Source of the DNA: Candidatus Magasanikbacteria bacterium RIFCSPHIGHO2_01_FULL_41_23
GTDB taxonomy: Bacteria > Patescibacteriota > Patescibacteriia > Magasanikbacterales > UBA922
Direction of reading: 5' to 3'
Length of the DNA stretch: 64,000 bases
Assembly: GCA_001782805.1 (NCBI GenBank)
Contig: MFPT01000019.1
Location: forward strand, 1,801-65,800
Part shown: positions 1 through 8,241 of the stretch, one piece after another
How the letters are laid out: every line of letters starts with the position of its first letter
How positions within the stretch are numbered: position 1 is the stretch's first letter
Notes under the pieces: generated by a model
The model's database searches: none
What the model was told of the DNA's origin: nothing
Seen by the model: the letters and a program-made list of their open reading frames with translations, nothing else
Made by a program: the position numbers and the translations under genes

Positions 1-506
1 TTTTCCAGTTTGCTCATGCGATTGAACAAATCAGCCTTACTCTCATCCTCCACTCGTTTTAAAAGTTCGGCGCGCGCATCTTCCCGCGATAATTGGGACA
101 AAACTTCCAATTTTTTGCCAGCCTCTACTTTCATGTCTTCAATTTTTTGGCGAATAACTTTGACCTCTTCCACTTTTTGTTCCAATTTGGTTTTATTATC
201 TTCAAAATTAAGCAGTTTTTGATCAAATAATGTCTCGCGTTGTTCCAAACGCTGTTGAATTTGTTTTTGTTCTTTGTGGCGTTCTTGTTCTTCCTGCTTG
301 GCATCGTCAATGATTTTTATGGCTTTTTCTTTGGCCTGCAGTAAAAATTCCTGCTCCTTATTTTTGGCTTCCGCAATCATTTTTTCCGCGCGCAATTCGG
401 CCGAGTTAGCTTTGGACTGGGCGATTTGTTGACGTACTAAATAACCAATGAGAGTGCCAATGGCAAGACCGGCGAATAAGAGAATAACGACAGTAATGAT
501 AGACAT
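1..506 (-). CDS. rny: Ribonuclease Y (N-terminal part; gene continues past window start)
   Basis: Minus-strand ORF starts at complement ATG 504-506. Translation MSIITVVILLFAGLAIGTLIGYLVRQQIAQSKANSAELRAEKMIAEAKNKEQE... is an N-terminal TM anchor followed by a coiled coil with the AE..AK periodicity typical of RNase Y. The KH/HD domains would lie beyond coordinate 1. Confidence 0.75.
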   Translation of the reverse strand, partial: MSIITVVILLFAGLAIGTLIGYLVRQQIAQSKANSAELRAEKMIAEAKNKEQEFLLQAKEKAIKIIDDAKQEEQERHKEQKQIQQRLEQRETLFDQKLLNFEDNKTKLEQKVEEVKVIRQKIEDMKVEAGKKLEVLSQLSREDARAELLKRVEDESKADLFNRMSKLE

Positions 507-785
507 AAAATCAGGATAAGCAAGACTAATCCTAGTTTTGTAATGGTGAGACGCCTAAAGACACTTAGATTGTGTCAATTAAGAAGTTGAGCGAAAAATT
601 TACTCGGAAAAGACTCATAAATTAGCCAAATTCGCTATCTCGACATTCCAAAATACCAGAAGTCGCTTGCAATTTATTATATTTGTAGTCATTTTTTCAA
701 ACTACGAAATTACTATACTGTATTGTTTTGTTTTTGTCAATTTTGGATTTTGCTAGTACAATTACACAATCGTTTGATTATATTC

Positions 786-832
786 GGAATCAATTGATAA
801 ATTTTATTCAATAAAATTTATCAATTGATTCC
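786..832. repeat. 47-bp perfect palindrome (GGAATCAATTGATAAATTTTAT-c-ATAAAATTTATCAATTGATTCC) in the divergent rny / methyltransferase intergenic region
   Basis: Read directly: 23-bp arms are exact reverse complements around a single central base. Confidence 0.9.
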
Positions 833-846
833 TTGTTTAAAAGTCT

Positions 847-1752
847 GTGGATAACTCAAAAACAAAAGGCTGGGGAGTGGTGGAAGCCAGTGGCGCGGAA
901 ATGTGGGATGCGTGGCCGGTAATTTTTAATGGCGGATCAAAAGCTTGGCTCACTTTGCTTTTTTATCCTAAAAAATTCGCTTTGTATAGATTTATTCAAA
1001 AGAATATTCCAAAATCTGTGGACAGTAGTGCAGGTTTTAGAATTTTGGATGTAGGTTGTGGCACGGGAGCAAGTGTAATTGAAATGAAAAAATTATTTCC
1101 TCAAGCCGAAGTTTGTGGAATTGATGTTATTCAATTGCAAATAGATATCGCGAACGCGCGTTTAAAAGAATACGCGACAGATGCTCGCGTAGAATTTTAT
1201 GATGGATTATCTATTCCAGCCGAAGATAATTCGGTGGACGTAATTTATACTTCGGATGTTTTGGGACATGTGGCTGATGTTCCCAAGTGGCTGGCCGAAC
1301 TTAATCGGATTCTAAAACCAAATGGAATTTTGGCAATGTTCAGTGAATCCAAGTTGGGCAAGCACGCGTATATTCGGAATTATTTGTCGCGACGTGGTCT
1401 TAATGTTGATCCGCATCAAGAATTTCATATTTCTTTATTTTCCAAAAATGAATTACGCGCTCTCTTGGTTGATTCTGGTTTTGAGATTAAAAAAATGTAT
1501 TCCACAGTGTGGGCAAAATTTTTGATGCATCCGGATGAACTGTATCCGGCTTTGCAATCCACGTCTCAGTTTTTCATTCTGCGATTTTTAAATACAATTT
1601 TGTATTGGCTAAAAAATAAAATAAAACCAGTTTCACTGGCTGTCGCGGAATTTTATTCTTTAATTGAAATGTATACGATCGGGCGTTGGGTTGAATCACA
1701 GGGCTATGTTATTTTGGGAAAAAAGTCCCTCGACGTGGCTCGGGATAAATAA
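847..1752 (+). CDS. Class I SAM-dependent methyltransferase
   Basis: Motif I ILDVGCGTGASVIEM and a post-I acidic residue (GIDVIQ). Methyltransf_11/25-like layout. Confidence 0.7.
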   Translation: MDNSKTKGWGVVEASGAEMWDAWPVIFNGGSKAWLTLLFYPKKFALYRFIQKNIPKSVDSSAGFRILDVGCGTGASVIEMKKLFPQAEVCGIDVIQLQIDIANARLKEYATDARVEFYDGLSIPAEDNSVDVIYTSDVLGHVADVPKWLAELNRILKPNGILAMFSESKLGKHAYIRNYLSRRGLNVDPHQEFHISLFSKNELRALLVDSGFEIKKMYSTVWAKFLMHPDELYPALQSTSQFFILRFLNTILYWLKNKIKPVSLAVAEFYSLIEMYTIGRWVESQGYVILGKKSLDVARDK

Positions 1753-1827
1753 TTATTCACCCTTGCTTGCATTTTTTTGATATTTTTGTTATTTTTCTAT
1801 CATCATTAACTTAATCTTTATTTTGAT

Positions 1828-2358
1828 ATGAATCTTTGGCATGACATTTCCGTAGGCAAAAATGCTCCGGAAGAAATTCGCGTGGTCGTGGAAATTCCGC
1901 GCGGCTCTTTGAATAAATATGAAGTGGATAAAGAAACCGGTTTGATTGCGCTGGATCGTGTGGCGCATACTGGTCAGGCATTCCCTTTTGACTACGCGTT
2001 TGTGCCGCAAACGTTGTGGGATGATGGTGACGCGTTGGATGTGATTATTTTTGCGACTGAACCGTTTTTCCCCGGACTGTTGGTGGATGTTCGGCCGGTG
2101 GGAATTATGCATATGATTGATAGTGGCGACAGTGATGACAAAGTACTGGCAGTTCCGGCTGCGGATCCACGGTGGAAGCATGTGGCTGACATTGGTGATT
2201 TGAATCAGCATCAGCTGAAAGTCATTCAGCATTTTTACGAATATTATAAAAAATTACAAAATAAAGAAGTGACGGTTTCGGGTTTTGAAGGTAAGATGCA
2301 GGCGCTGGAAGCAGTGAAAAAAGGCATGCGGATGTATAATGAAAAATTTCCGAGTTGA
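1828..2358 (+). CDS. ppa: Inorganic pyrophosphatase (family I)
   Basis: Translation EIPRGSLNKYEVDKETG...DRV...FPFDYAFVPQTLWDDGDALDVII matches the family I PPase signature. Confidence 0.9.
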   Translation: MNLWHDISVGKNAPEEIRVVVEIPRGSLNKYEVDKETGLIALDRVAHTGQAFPFDYAFVPQTLWDDGDALDVIIFATEPFFPGLLVDVRPVGIMHMIDSGDSDDKVLAVPAADPRWKHVADIGDLNQHQLKVIQHFYEYYKKLQNKEVTVSGFEGKMQALEAVKKGMRMYNEKFPS

Positions 2359-2577
2359 CTTTTTTGCGGGGATTTTGATTTACATCAACCTCCGCTACTT
2401 CAGGGATTTGATGAAGGAGGTGCGACCAAAGGATCAAGATCCATAACACTCATCTCAACCAGTGTATCCAAGGGGGTTCCCGATGCGTACACGACTGCTT
2501 TCTTCGCGGCCATGCATGCGCGTCGGGATCAGTCAAAAATAGTTCTGACTAATTCAGGACTTTTTTTGACCGAGGAA

Positions 2578-2606
2578 TTGACAGCGCATCGCTTTATCCG
2601 TATACT
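2578..2606 (+). promoter_or_regulatory. Sigma70-type promoter for infB (TTGACA-17-TATACT)
   Basis: TTGACA at 2578-2583, 17-bp spacer, TATACT at 2601-2606, about 10 nt upstream of the infB ATG. Confidence 0.5.
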
Positions 2607-2616
2607 CTTTTCAACT

Positions 2617-4644
2617 ATGAACGTCTCTGAACTCGCGCGACAATTAAAAATCAATACCAAAGATTTGTTGGAAATTTTGCCGCAATATGGTTTTGATATT
2701 GGTGTGCGCGCCGTGAAAATTGATGATCGCGTCGCCGAACAAATTACGCGCAAGTGGCGTTTTATTCGGCGCGATTTGGAAGAAAAACGGCGCAAAGAAC
2801 AAGAAGAAAAAAAAATAAAGGAGCGTGCGTTGCGCAAGGAAATGGGACATAGCGTTGTTTTGCCTGCGCTTATTACGGTGCGTGCTTTGGCCGAACGCAT
2901 GAATTTGCCGACGACACAAGTGATTATGGAACTAATGAAAAACGGGATTTTGGCCAATCAAAATCAGAATATAGATTTTGACACGGCCGCAATTTTGGCG
3001 GAAGAACTGGGTTTTCGCGTGGAGCGTGAAGGCGAAGAATCCGCAGTGCAAGAAAAAGAAGATACGCGCTCGCAGGGTTTGGAAGAAGCCTTGGCGCGAG
3101 GAGTGGAAGGGGGCGAGCCTCGTCCGCCCGTGATTGTGGTTATGGGTCATGTGGATCATGGCAAAACCAAATTGCTGGACACAATTCGCTCCACCAATGT
3201 TATGGGCAAAGAGGCGGGTGGCATTACGCAACATATTGGCGCGTATCAAACTATTTGGCAAGATCCCAAAACCAAAGTTGAGCGCGCGATTTCTTTTATT
3301 GATACTCCCGGTCACGAAGCTTTTTCCATGATGCGCAGTCGTGGTGCCAAAGTCGCGGATATTGCCATTTTAGTAGTGGCCGCTGATGATGGAGTCAAAC
3401 CGCAAACCGAAGAAGCAATCAATATTATTCGCGCGGCTAAATTACCGCTCGTTGTGGCTATTAATAAAATTGATAAAACTACCGCGGATATTGAACGCGT
3501 AAAAAATGAATTGTCGCAAAAAAATGTTTTGCCCGAAGATTGGGGCGGCGATGTTCCGGTGGTCGGGATTTCCGCCAAAAATAATGTGAACATTGATAAA
3601 CTTTTGGATGTGTTGCTGTTAGTGGCGGATATGAACGCGGAAAAAATTAAAGCTGATCCCAATTTGCCGCCCGCGGGAACAATTATTGAATCGCATGTGA
3701 ATAAAGGAATGGGACCAGTGGCGACGGTTTTGGTTCAGTCCGGTACTTTGCATGCCGGAGATAAGTTGGTAGTGAATAATGAAATTTACGGCAAAGTGCG
3801 CGCTATGAAAAATTATCGTGGCGATATTATTGCCAACGCCACACCATCAATGCCAGTTCAAATTATTGGTTTTAAAGTCGCGCCGGAAGTGGGCGATATT
3901 TTGGATGTTAGTAAAGCCGACACGGCGCTGGAAATTAATGTCAAACAAAAACGTTCGGATCAAACCAGCGCGGAACGTTCCACGATGTCCAATGCTCAAA
4001 CAGAAGGCGATGAAACTCCGCAAAAAACATTAAACTTAGTCATTAAAACCGATGTACTGGGTTCGCTGGAAGCGATTGTGGCCTCATTATCAAAAATAAA
4101 ACACGATGAAGTTGGCGTAAAAATTATTGGTAAGGGTTTAGGAAATATTACGGAAAATGACGTGGCCAAAGCTGAATCCGGCAGTGCGACCGTTGTTGGT
4201 TTTAATGTACGCCCGACAACAATGGCCGAAGAAATGATGCGCGATAAAAATATTCCGTTTTTGAATTACAACGTGATTTATGATTTGATTAATTGGGTTA
4301 AAGCCGAACTGGAAAAAATGTTGACCAAAGAGCATATTATTACTGAACTGGGCACGATGAGTATACTCGCGGTTTTTCGTCGCGACAAACAATATTCCAT
4401 TGTTGGTGGCCGAGTTATGAACGGTAAAGTCGTTAAAGGAGAATCAGCACGCGTAAAACGCGATGGACTGTTGATTGCCACGGCGCAAATAATGTCGGTT
4501 AAATTGGGTCAGCAAGAATTAAAAGATGCCAGTGAAGGCACGGAATGCGGTATCCAAATCGGTACTAAGGAAAAAATTGAAATTGGTGATACGCTGGAAA
4601 TTTTTCATGAAGAAATTAAAGTACGGAAGATTATTTTTGGTTAA
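2617..4644 (+). CDS. infB: Translation initiation factor IF-2
   Basis: IF2_N motif MNVSELARQLKINTKDLLEILPQYGF and the GTPase G1 motif VVMGHVDHGKTKLLD. The ORF-track start at 2512 is probably an upstream extension; the ATG at 2617 fits the IF2 N-terminus. Confidence 0.9.
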   Translation: MNVSELARQLKINTKDLLEILPQYGFDIGVRAVKIDDRVAEQITRKWRFIRRDLEEKRRKEQEEKKIKERALRKEMGHSVVLPALITVRALAERMNLPTTQVIMELMKNGILANQNQNIDFDTAAILAEELGFRVEREGEESAVQEKEDTRSQGLEEALARGVEGGEPRPPVIVVMGHVDHGKTKLLDTIRSTNVMGKEAGGITQHIGAYQTIWQDPKTKVERAISFIDTPGHEAFSMMRSRGAKVADIAILVVAADDGVKPQTEEAINIIRAAKLPLVVAINKIDKTTADIERVKNELSQKNVLPEDWGGDVPVVGISAKNNVNIDKLLDVLLLVADMNAEKIKADPNLPPAGTIIESHVNKGMGPVATVLVQSGTLHAGDKLVVNNEIYGKVRAMKNYRGDIIANATPSMPVQIIGFKVAPEVGDILDVSKADTALEINVKQKRSDQTSAERSTMSNAQTEGDETPQKTLNLVIKTDVLGSLEAIVASLSKIKHDEVGVKIIGKGLGNITENDVAKAESGSATVVGFNVRPTTMAEEMMRDKNIPFLNYNVIYDLINWVKAELEKMLTKEHIITELGTMSILAVFRRDKQYSIVGGRVMNGKVVKGESARVKRDGLLIATAQIMSVKLGQQELKDASEGTECGIQIGTKEKIEIGDTLEIFHEEIKVRKIIFG

Positions 4645-4713
4645 AATTTTGTTCGTTACATTTTTAAGCAAACTTTGTTTTTTTAAGTTGTAAAAACTCC
4701 CTTTCCTAAGACT

Positions 4714-4830
4714 TAAGCAAACTTCGCGAGATCTTTTTCTCGACCACTCGACCCTTCGACAAGCTCAGGGTAAACAGGCTCGGGCATCGAGAAAAAAATC
4801 ATCGCTCCAGTTTGCTTCAAAGATTAATTG
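4714..4830. repeat. Intergenic copy of GC-rich short repeat (core 4752-4775 CCCTTCGACAAGCTCAGGGTAAAC) flanked by imperfect ~30-bp inverted repeats
   Basis: The core matches copies at 8757-8782, 35222-35244, 18423-18447 (reverse complement) and the variant at 34203-34243. Flanking arms AAGCAAACT...TCTTTTTCTCGA / TCGAGAAAAAAA...AGTTTGCTT. Confidence 0.8.
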
Positions 4831-4856
4831 GATGTTGGACTGTTGTATTGGGGGGA

Positions 4857-5010
4857 ATTTCAGTAGTAGATAATTTTGTTTTCAGTAATGTGCATGAGCT
4901 TTCTTACCACTTACTTGGTTAGAGTAGATGAGATGTCAATAAGGATAGAGACTAGGAGAGTATGAGAATAGCGAGTTTTACTGAAAAGAAAATTATCTAC
5001 TACTGAAATT
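4857..5010. repeat. ~150-bp palindromic element (33-bp inverted-repeat arms AATTTCAGTAGTAGATAATTTTGTTTTCAGTAA / TTACTGAAAAGAAAATTATCTACTACTGAAATT), homologous to the element at 29871-30020
   Basis: Arms are reverse complements with 1 mismatch. Internal right-end motif GCGAGTTTTACTGAAAA is shared with the second copy. Confidence 0.85.
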
Positions 5011-5051
5011 ACTTTAAGTTATTAATTAGAAATTTATTTTAACATTACAGT

Positions 5052-5378
5052 ATGTCCGAAATTATTTTAACCGATACCAATTTTAAAGCAGAAGTTTTGG
5101 AATCCGCGATTCCGGTTTTGGTGGATTTTTGGGCGCCATGGTGCGGCCCGTGTCAAATGATGGGACCGATTATTGCCGAATTGGCAGGAGAATGGGATGC
5201 TACGAAAATTAAAATCGGGAAAATGAATGTTGATGATAACACAATCGTGCCAGGAAATTATCGCGTTATGAGCATTCCCACTTTTATACTTTTTAAAAAT
5301 GGCCAAGTTGTTGAAACATTGGTTGGAGGAATGCCCAAACAAAAATTACAAGCGGCCGTGGAAAAACATTTGGTATAA
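5052..5378 (+). CDS. trxA: Thioredoxin
   Basis: WCGPC active site, 108 aa, thioredoxin-fold sequence. Confidence 0.9.
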   Translation: MSEIILTDTNFKAEVLESAIPVLVDFWAPWCGPCQMMGPIIAELAGEWDATKIKIGKMNVDDNTIVPGNYRVMSIPTFILFKNGQVVETLVGGMPKQKLQAAVEKHLV

Positions 5379-5392
5379 TTTTCCGTGAAAAT

Positions 5393-6631
5393 ATGAATAA
5401 TCCTTTTGAAAATGCCCTAACCCAATTGAGTCGAGCCGCGAATGTCATGAAATTAGATCCGCAGGTGCACGAAAAGTTAAAATCACCGAAAAAAGTTCAC
5501 AGTGCTTCCATCACTATTATCATGGACAACGGCTCCACCAAAACATTTCCGGCTTGGCGCAGTCAATATAATGACGCGCTTGGTCCGTATAAAGGCGGAA
5601 TTCGTTATCATCCAGGAGTAACCGAAGACGAAGTGAAAGCTTTGTCATTTTGGATGACGATGAAATGTGCGGTCGTGGGTTTGCCACTGGGCGGCGGAAA
5701 AGGTGGAATTATCGTTAATCCCAAAGAATTATCCGAAACTGAATTGGAAAAATTAAGTCGCGGCTATATACAAGCATTTTATCAGCATCTTGGTCCAACC
5801 AAAGATGTTCCAGCTCCGGACGTATATACCAATTCCCAAATTATGGCGTGGATGCTGGATGAGTACGAAAAATTAACGGGCGAGCATGCTCCCGGAATGA
5901 TTACGGGAAAACCATTGTGTTTGGGCGGATCTCGTGGAAGAGACAAAGCCACGGCGCAAGGCGGAGTGTTTGTTTTATTGGAAGCAGTCAAAAAAATGGA
6001 CATGATTCCCAACGAAACAACGGTCGCGATTCAAGGTTTTGGTAATGCGGGCGCGCATATGGCGGAATTATTAGCAGTGCAAGGATTTAAAATTGTGGCA
6101 GTCAGTGATTCCAAAGGCGCGATAAAAAGTGCGAACGCGCTTGATATTTCTGCGCTAACGGCGCACAAAGAAAAAAATAGTGCAGTTACCGGCTTTACCG
6201 GAACAGAAACGATTACCAATGAACAATTACTGGAATTACCAGTGGATATTTTAATTCCGGCGGCTTTGGAAAATCAAATCACGGCCGAAAACGCGGGAAG
6301 AATCAAAGCCAAAATGATTTTGGAATTGGCCAATGGTCCGACCACGCCGGAAGCGGATGCCATTTTGTTTAAAAATAATGTGGTCGTTGTTCCCGATATT
6401 CTCGCCAATGCGGGTGGCGTGACGGTCAGTTATTTTGAACAAGTGCAAAATGCCAGTAATTATTATTGGACGGACGAAGAAGTAATGGAAAAATTGCAAA
6501 AAATAATGATCACTGCTTTTGCCGGAGTTTGGGCAACGAAAGAAAAATATGCCATTGATTTGCGTACGGCCGCTTTTGTTACGGCTTTGGAGCGAGTGGG
6601 CGCGGCTATGAAAGCGCGGGGATTAGTTTAA
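5393..6631 (+). CDS. gdhA: Glu/Leu/Phe/Val-family dehydrogenase (glutamate dehydrogenase)
   Basis: KGGIRYHPGVTEDEVKALSFWMTMKCAVVGLPLGGGKGG catalytic-region signature. GFGNAGA Rossmann motif. Confidence 0.85.
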   Translation: MNNPFENALTQLSRAANVMKLDPQVHEKLKSPKKVHSASITIIMDNGSTKTFPAWRSQYNDALGPYKGGIRYHPGVTEDEVKALSFWMTMKCAVVGLPLGGGKGGIIVNPKELSETELEKLSRGYIQAFYQHLGPTKDVPAPDVYTNSQIMAWMLDEYEKLTGEHAPGMITGKPLCLGGSRGRDKATAQGGVFVLLEAVKKMDMIPNETTVAIQGFGNAGAHMAELLAVQGFKIVAVSDSKGAIKSANALDISALTAHKEKNSAVTGFTGTETITNEQLLELPVDILIPAALENQITAENAGRIKAKMILELANGPTTPEADAILFKNNVVVVPDILANAGGVTVSYFEQVQNASNYYWTDEEVMEKLQKIMITAFAGVWATKEKYAIDLRTAAFVTALERVGAAMKARGLV

Positions 6632-7224
6632 ATTTCTTTTTTATCAATTTCTTTACCGACTTCCTTAAACATTTTTCGTAAACGAATAATGCGGCCGTGT
6701 ACAGTAGAAAGTTTCATTTTAAGTTGTTTCGCTATTTCAGCGTACGATAATCCATCAATAAAATAAAGTCGAAAAATAATCCGGTCTTGCTCATCAAGTG
6801 TTTCAATTTTTGCTTCAATATTTTTTATTTTCTCCTGTTCGGTTACATGGGATTCCGGTGAAGTTGGCGGTTGGCCATGCATTCCGTCTATATATGATTC
6901 CCTAATTTTGGCGCTGGATTTTTCAATCACTCTTTTTCTTGCCCACACATCCCGAATTCTATTTTTGAGAATCGTATATAGAAAATTTTTAAGTGAGCCG
7001 GTTGTTTCGTATTCAGGCAATATTTTCCAAAATCTGGTAAATGTTTCTTGGACTAATTCCTCTGCTTCGGCCGCATTTTGCGTTTTATCTATTGCAAAAG
7101 CCATTAGACGATCTTTGTATATATTGAATAACTCAGCAAAAGCATCTTTGTCTCCTTCTTTGGCTCGGATAATGAGGTTAAATTCGTCAATCCGCTGCTC
7201 TCCTGTATGACCATTTTCTGACAT
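6628..7224 (-). CDS. ECF-type RNA polymerase sigma-70 family factor
   Basis: Region 2 (ELFNIYKDRLMAFA...AEELVQETFTRFWK) and region 4 HTH (LSYAEIAKQLKMKLSTVHGRIIRLRKMFK). Confidence 0.75.
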   Translation of the reverse strand: MSENGHTGEQRIDEFNLIIRAKEGDKDAFAELFNIYKDRLMAFAIDKTQNAAEAEELVQETFTRFWKILPEYETTGSLKNFLYTILKNRIRDVWARKRVIEKSSAKIRESYIDGMHGQPPTSPESHVTEQEKIKNIEAKIETLDEQDRIIFRLYFIDGLSYAEIAKQLKMKLSTVHGRIIRLRKMFKEVGKEIDKKEI

Positions 7225-7338
7225 ATATTTTCGATAAGAATAAGATTATAATATCACGAGTTTAGGTCAAAGGTAAACCCTTGATTTTTTTGACCCTGCC
7301 GAGTAAAATGGCTATACGCCTTTACTTACTGTATCTTT

Positions 7339-8097
7339 ATGCAAGAATTTTTAAATGAAATTTCAAGACAAGCGGGAGCACTCGCCATGCAGTTTTATAA
7401 GCGGGGAGTGAGTTACTCCACCAAGACCAATCGTCTTGATTTATTGACTGAAGCTGACGTTGCCGTGAGCAAATTTTTAGTGGAAGCGATTCACGCCAAG
7501 TATCCGGATCATCATATCCATAGCGAAGAAATGACCGACGATATCAATACCGGTGCCGAGTATGAATGGGTGATTGATCCAATTGATGGCACATGGAATT
7601 TTGCGAATCACATTCCAATTTGGGGAGTTTTGATTGCTGTAATGCGCAATGGAGCCACGAAATACGCGGCCACATATTTTCCCATTGATGATCATTTATA
7701 TATTGCCGAAAAAGGTTTTGGTGTTTTTTTGAATGGAGAAAAAATTATTGTTTCAGATTACGATTCGCTTGATCGATCAGTCGGGCATTTTTTTGTAAAT
7801 CCCGAGCGTGTTGGAGGTCAAAAGTTGGCGGCTCTTTGGCCTCATCTATTAAATAATAATGTTCGGACAAGAAATTACGCCTGCATGTACGGCGCGGTTT
7901 TGGTGGCGCGTGGTGTGCACAATTTTTATATCAGCAATGGCGGAGTGGATCATGATCATCTCGCGCCTGTTTTAATTTGCGAAGAGGCCGGTGCAGTGGT
8001 CACTAATAGTTTTGGTGAGCCATGGAAACGAGGGATGAAAGATATGGTGATTGCCGGGCCACAATTACATCCGAAAATTCTTGAGTTGTTTAATTAA
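7339..8097 (+). CDS. Inositol monophosphatase family protein (SuhB/ImpA-like)
   Basis: Motifs HSEE and WVIDPIDGTWNFANHIP (the IMPase metal-binding motif). Confidence 0.8.
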   Translation: MQEFLNEISRQAGALAMQFYKRGVSYSTKTNRLDLLTEADVAVSKFLVEAIHAKYPDHHIHSEEMTDDINTGAEYEWVIDPIDGTWNFANHIPIWGVLIAVMRNGATKYAATYFPIDDHLYIAEKGFGVFLNGEKIIVSDYDSLDRSVGHFFVNPERVGGQKLAALWPHLLNNNVRTRNYACMYGAVLVARGVHNFYISNGGVDHDHLAPVLICEEAGAVVTNSFGEPWKRGMKDMVIAGPQLHPKILELFN

Positions 8098-8119
8098 TAA
8101 ATACTTCAAGGAAATTAAA

Positions 8120-8229
8120 ATAAAAATTCACTGCAAATCTTTTTATGAAAACCTCGTAAACATCGGTTTCAAAAAAGCTACAGGAGTTTATCCCGACTTG
8201 TCGGGATTCCATTTTTATTTTAAAAAATT
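8120..8229. repeat. Intergenic repeat element, copy 1 (ATAAAAATTCACTGCAAATCTTTTT ... AAAAAAGCT ... TTATCC ... TTCCATTTTTATT) with short terminal inverted repeat
   Basis: Shares its 25-bp 5' block exactly, and its central and 3' blocks, with 25204-25284. Contains the hairpin ATCCCGACTTGTCGGGAT. Confidence 0.8.
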
Positions 8230-8241
8230 CACTTTTAATAT

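Noticed and set aside
10-222. 70-aa plus-strand ORF at window start
   Set aside because: Lies entirely within, and antisense to, the well-supported RNase Y coding region.
1726-1745. CCCTCGACGTGGCTCGGG at the methyltransferase C-terminus as another copy of the GC-rich repeat
   Set aside because: Only ~12 scattered matching positions. Too weak without a profile search.
2380-2520. Possible tRNA or tmRNA in the ppa-infB spacer
   Set aside because: No cloverleaf, no GTTCRANYC T-loop, no CCA-adjacent acceptor pairing and no tmRNA terminal motifs could be found by eye. It is left as an unclassified structured region.
2512-2616. N-terminal extension of the infB ORF (MHARRDQSKIVL...)
   Set aside because: IF-2 N-domain similarity begins at the ATG at 2617. 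A TTGACA-17-TATACT promoter lies inside the extension.
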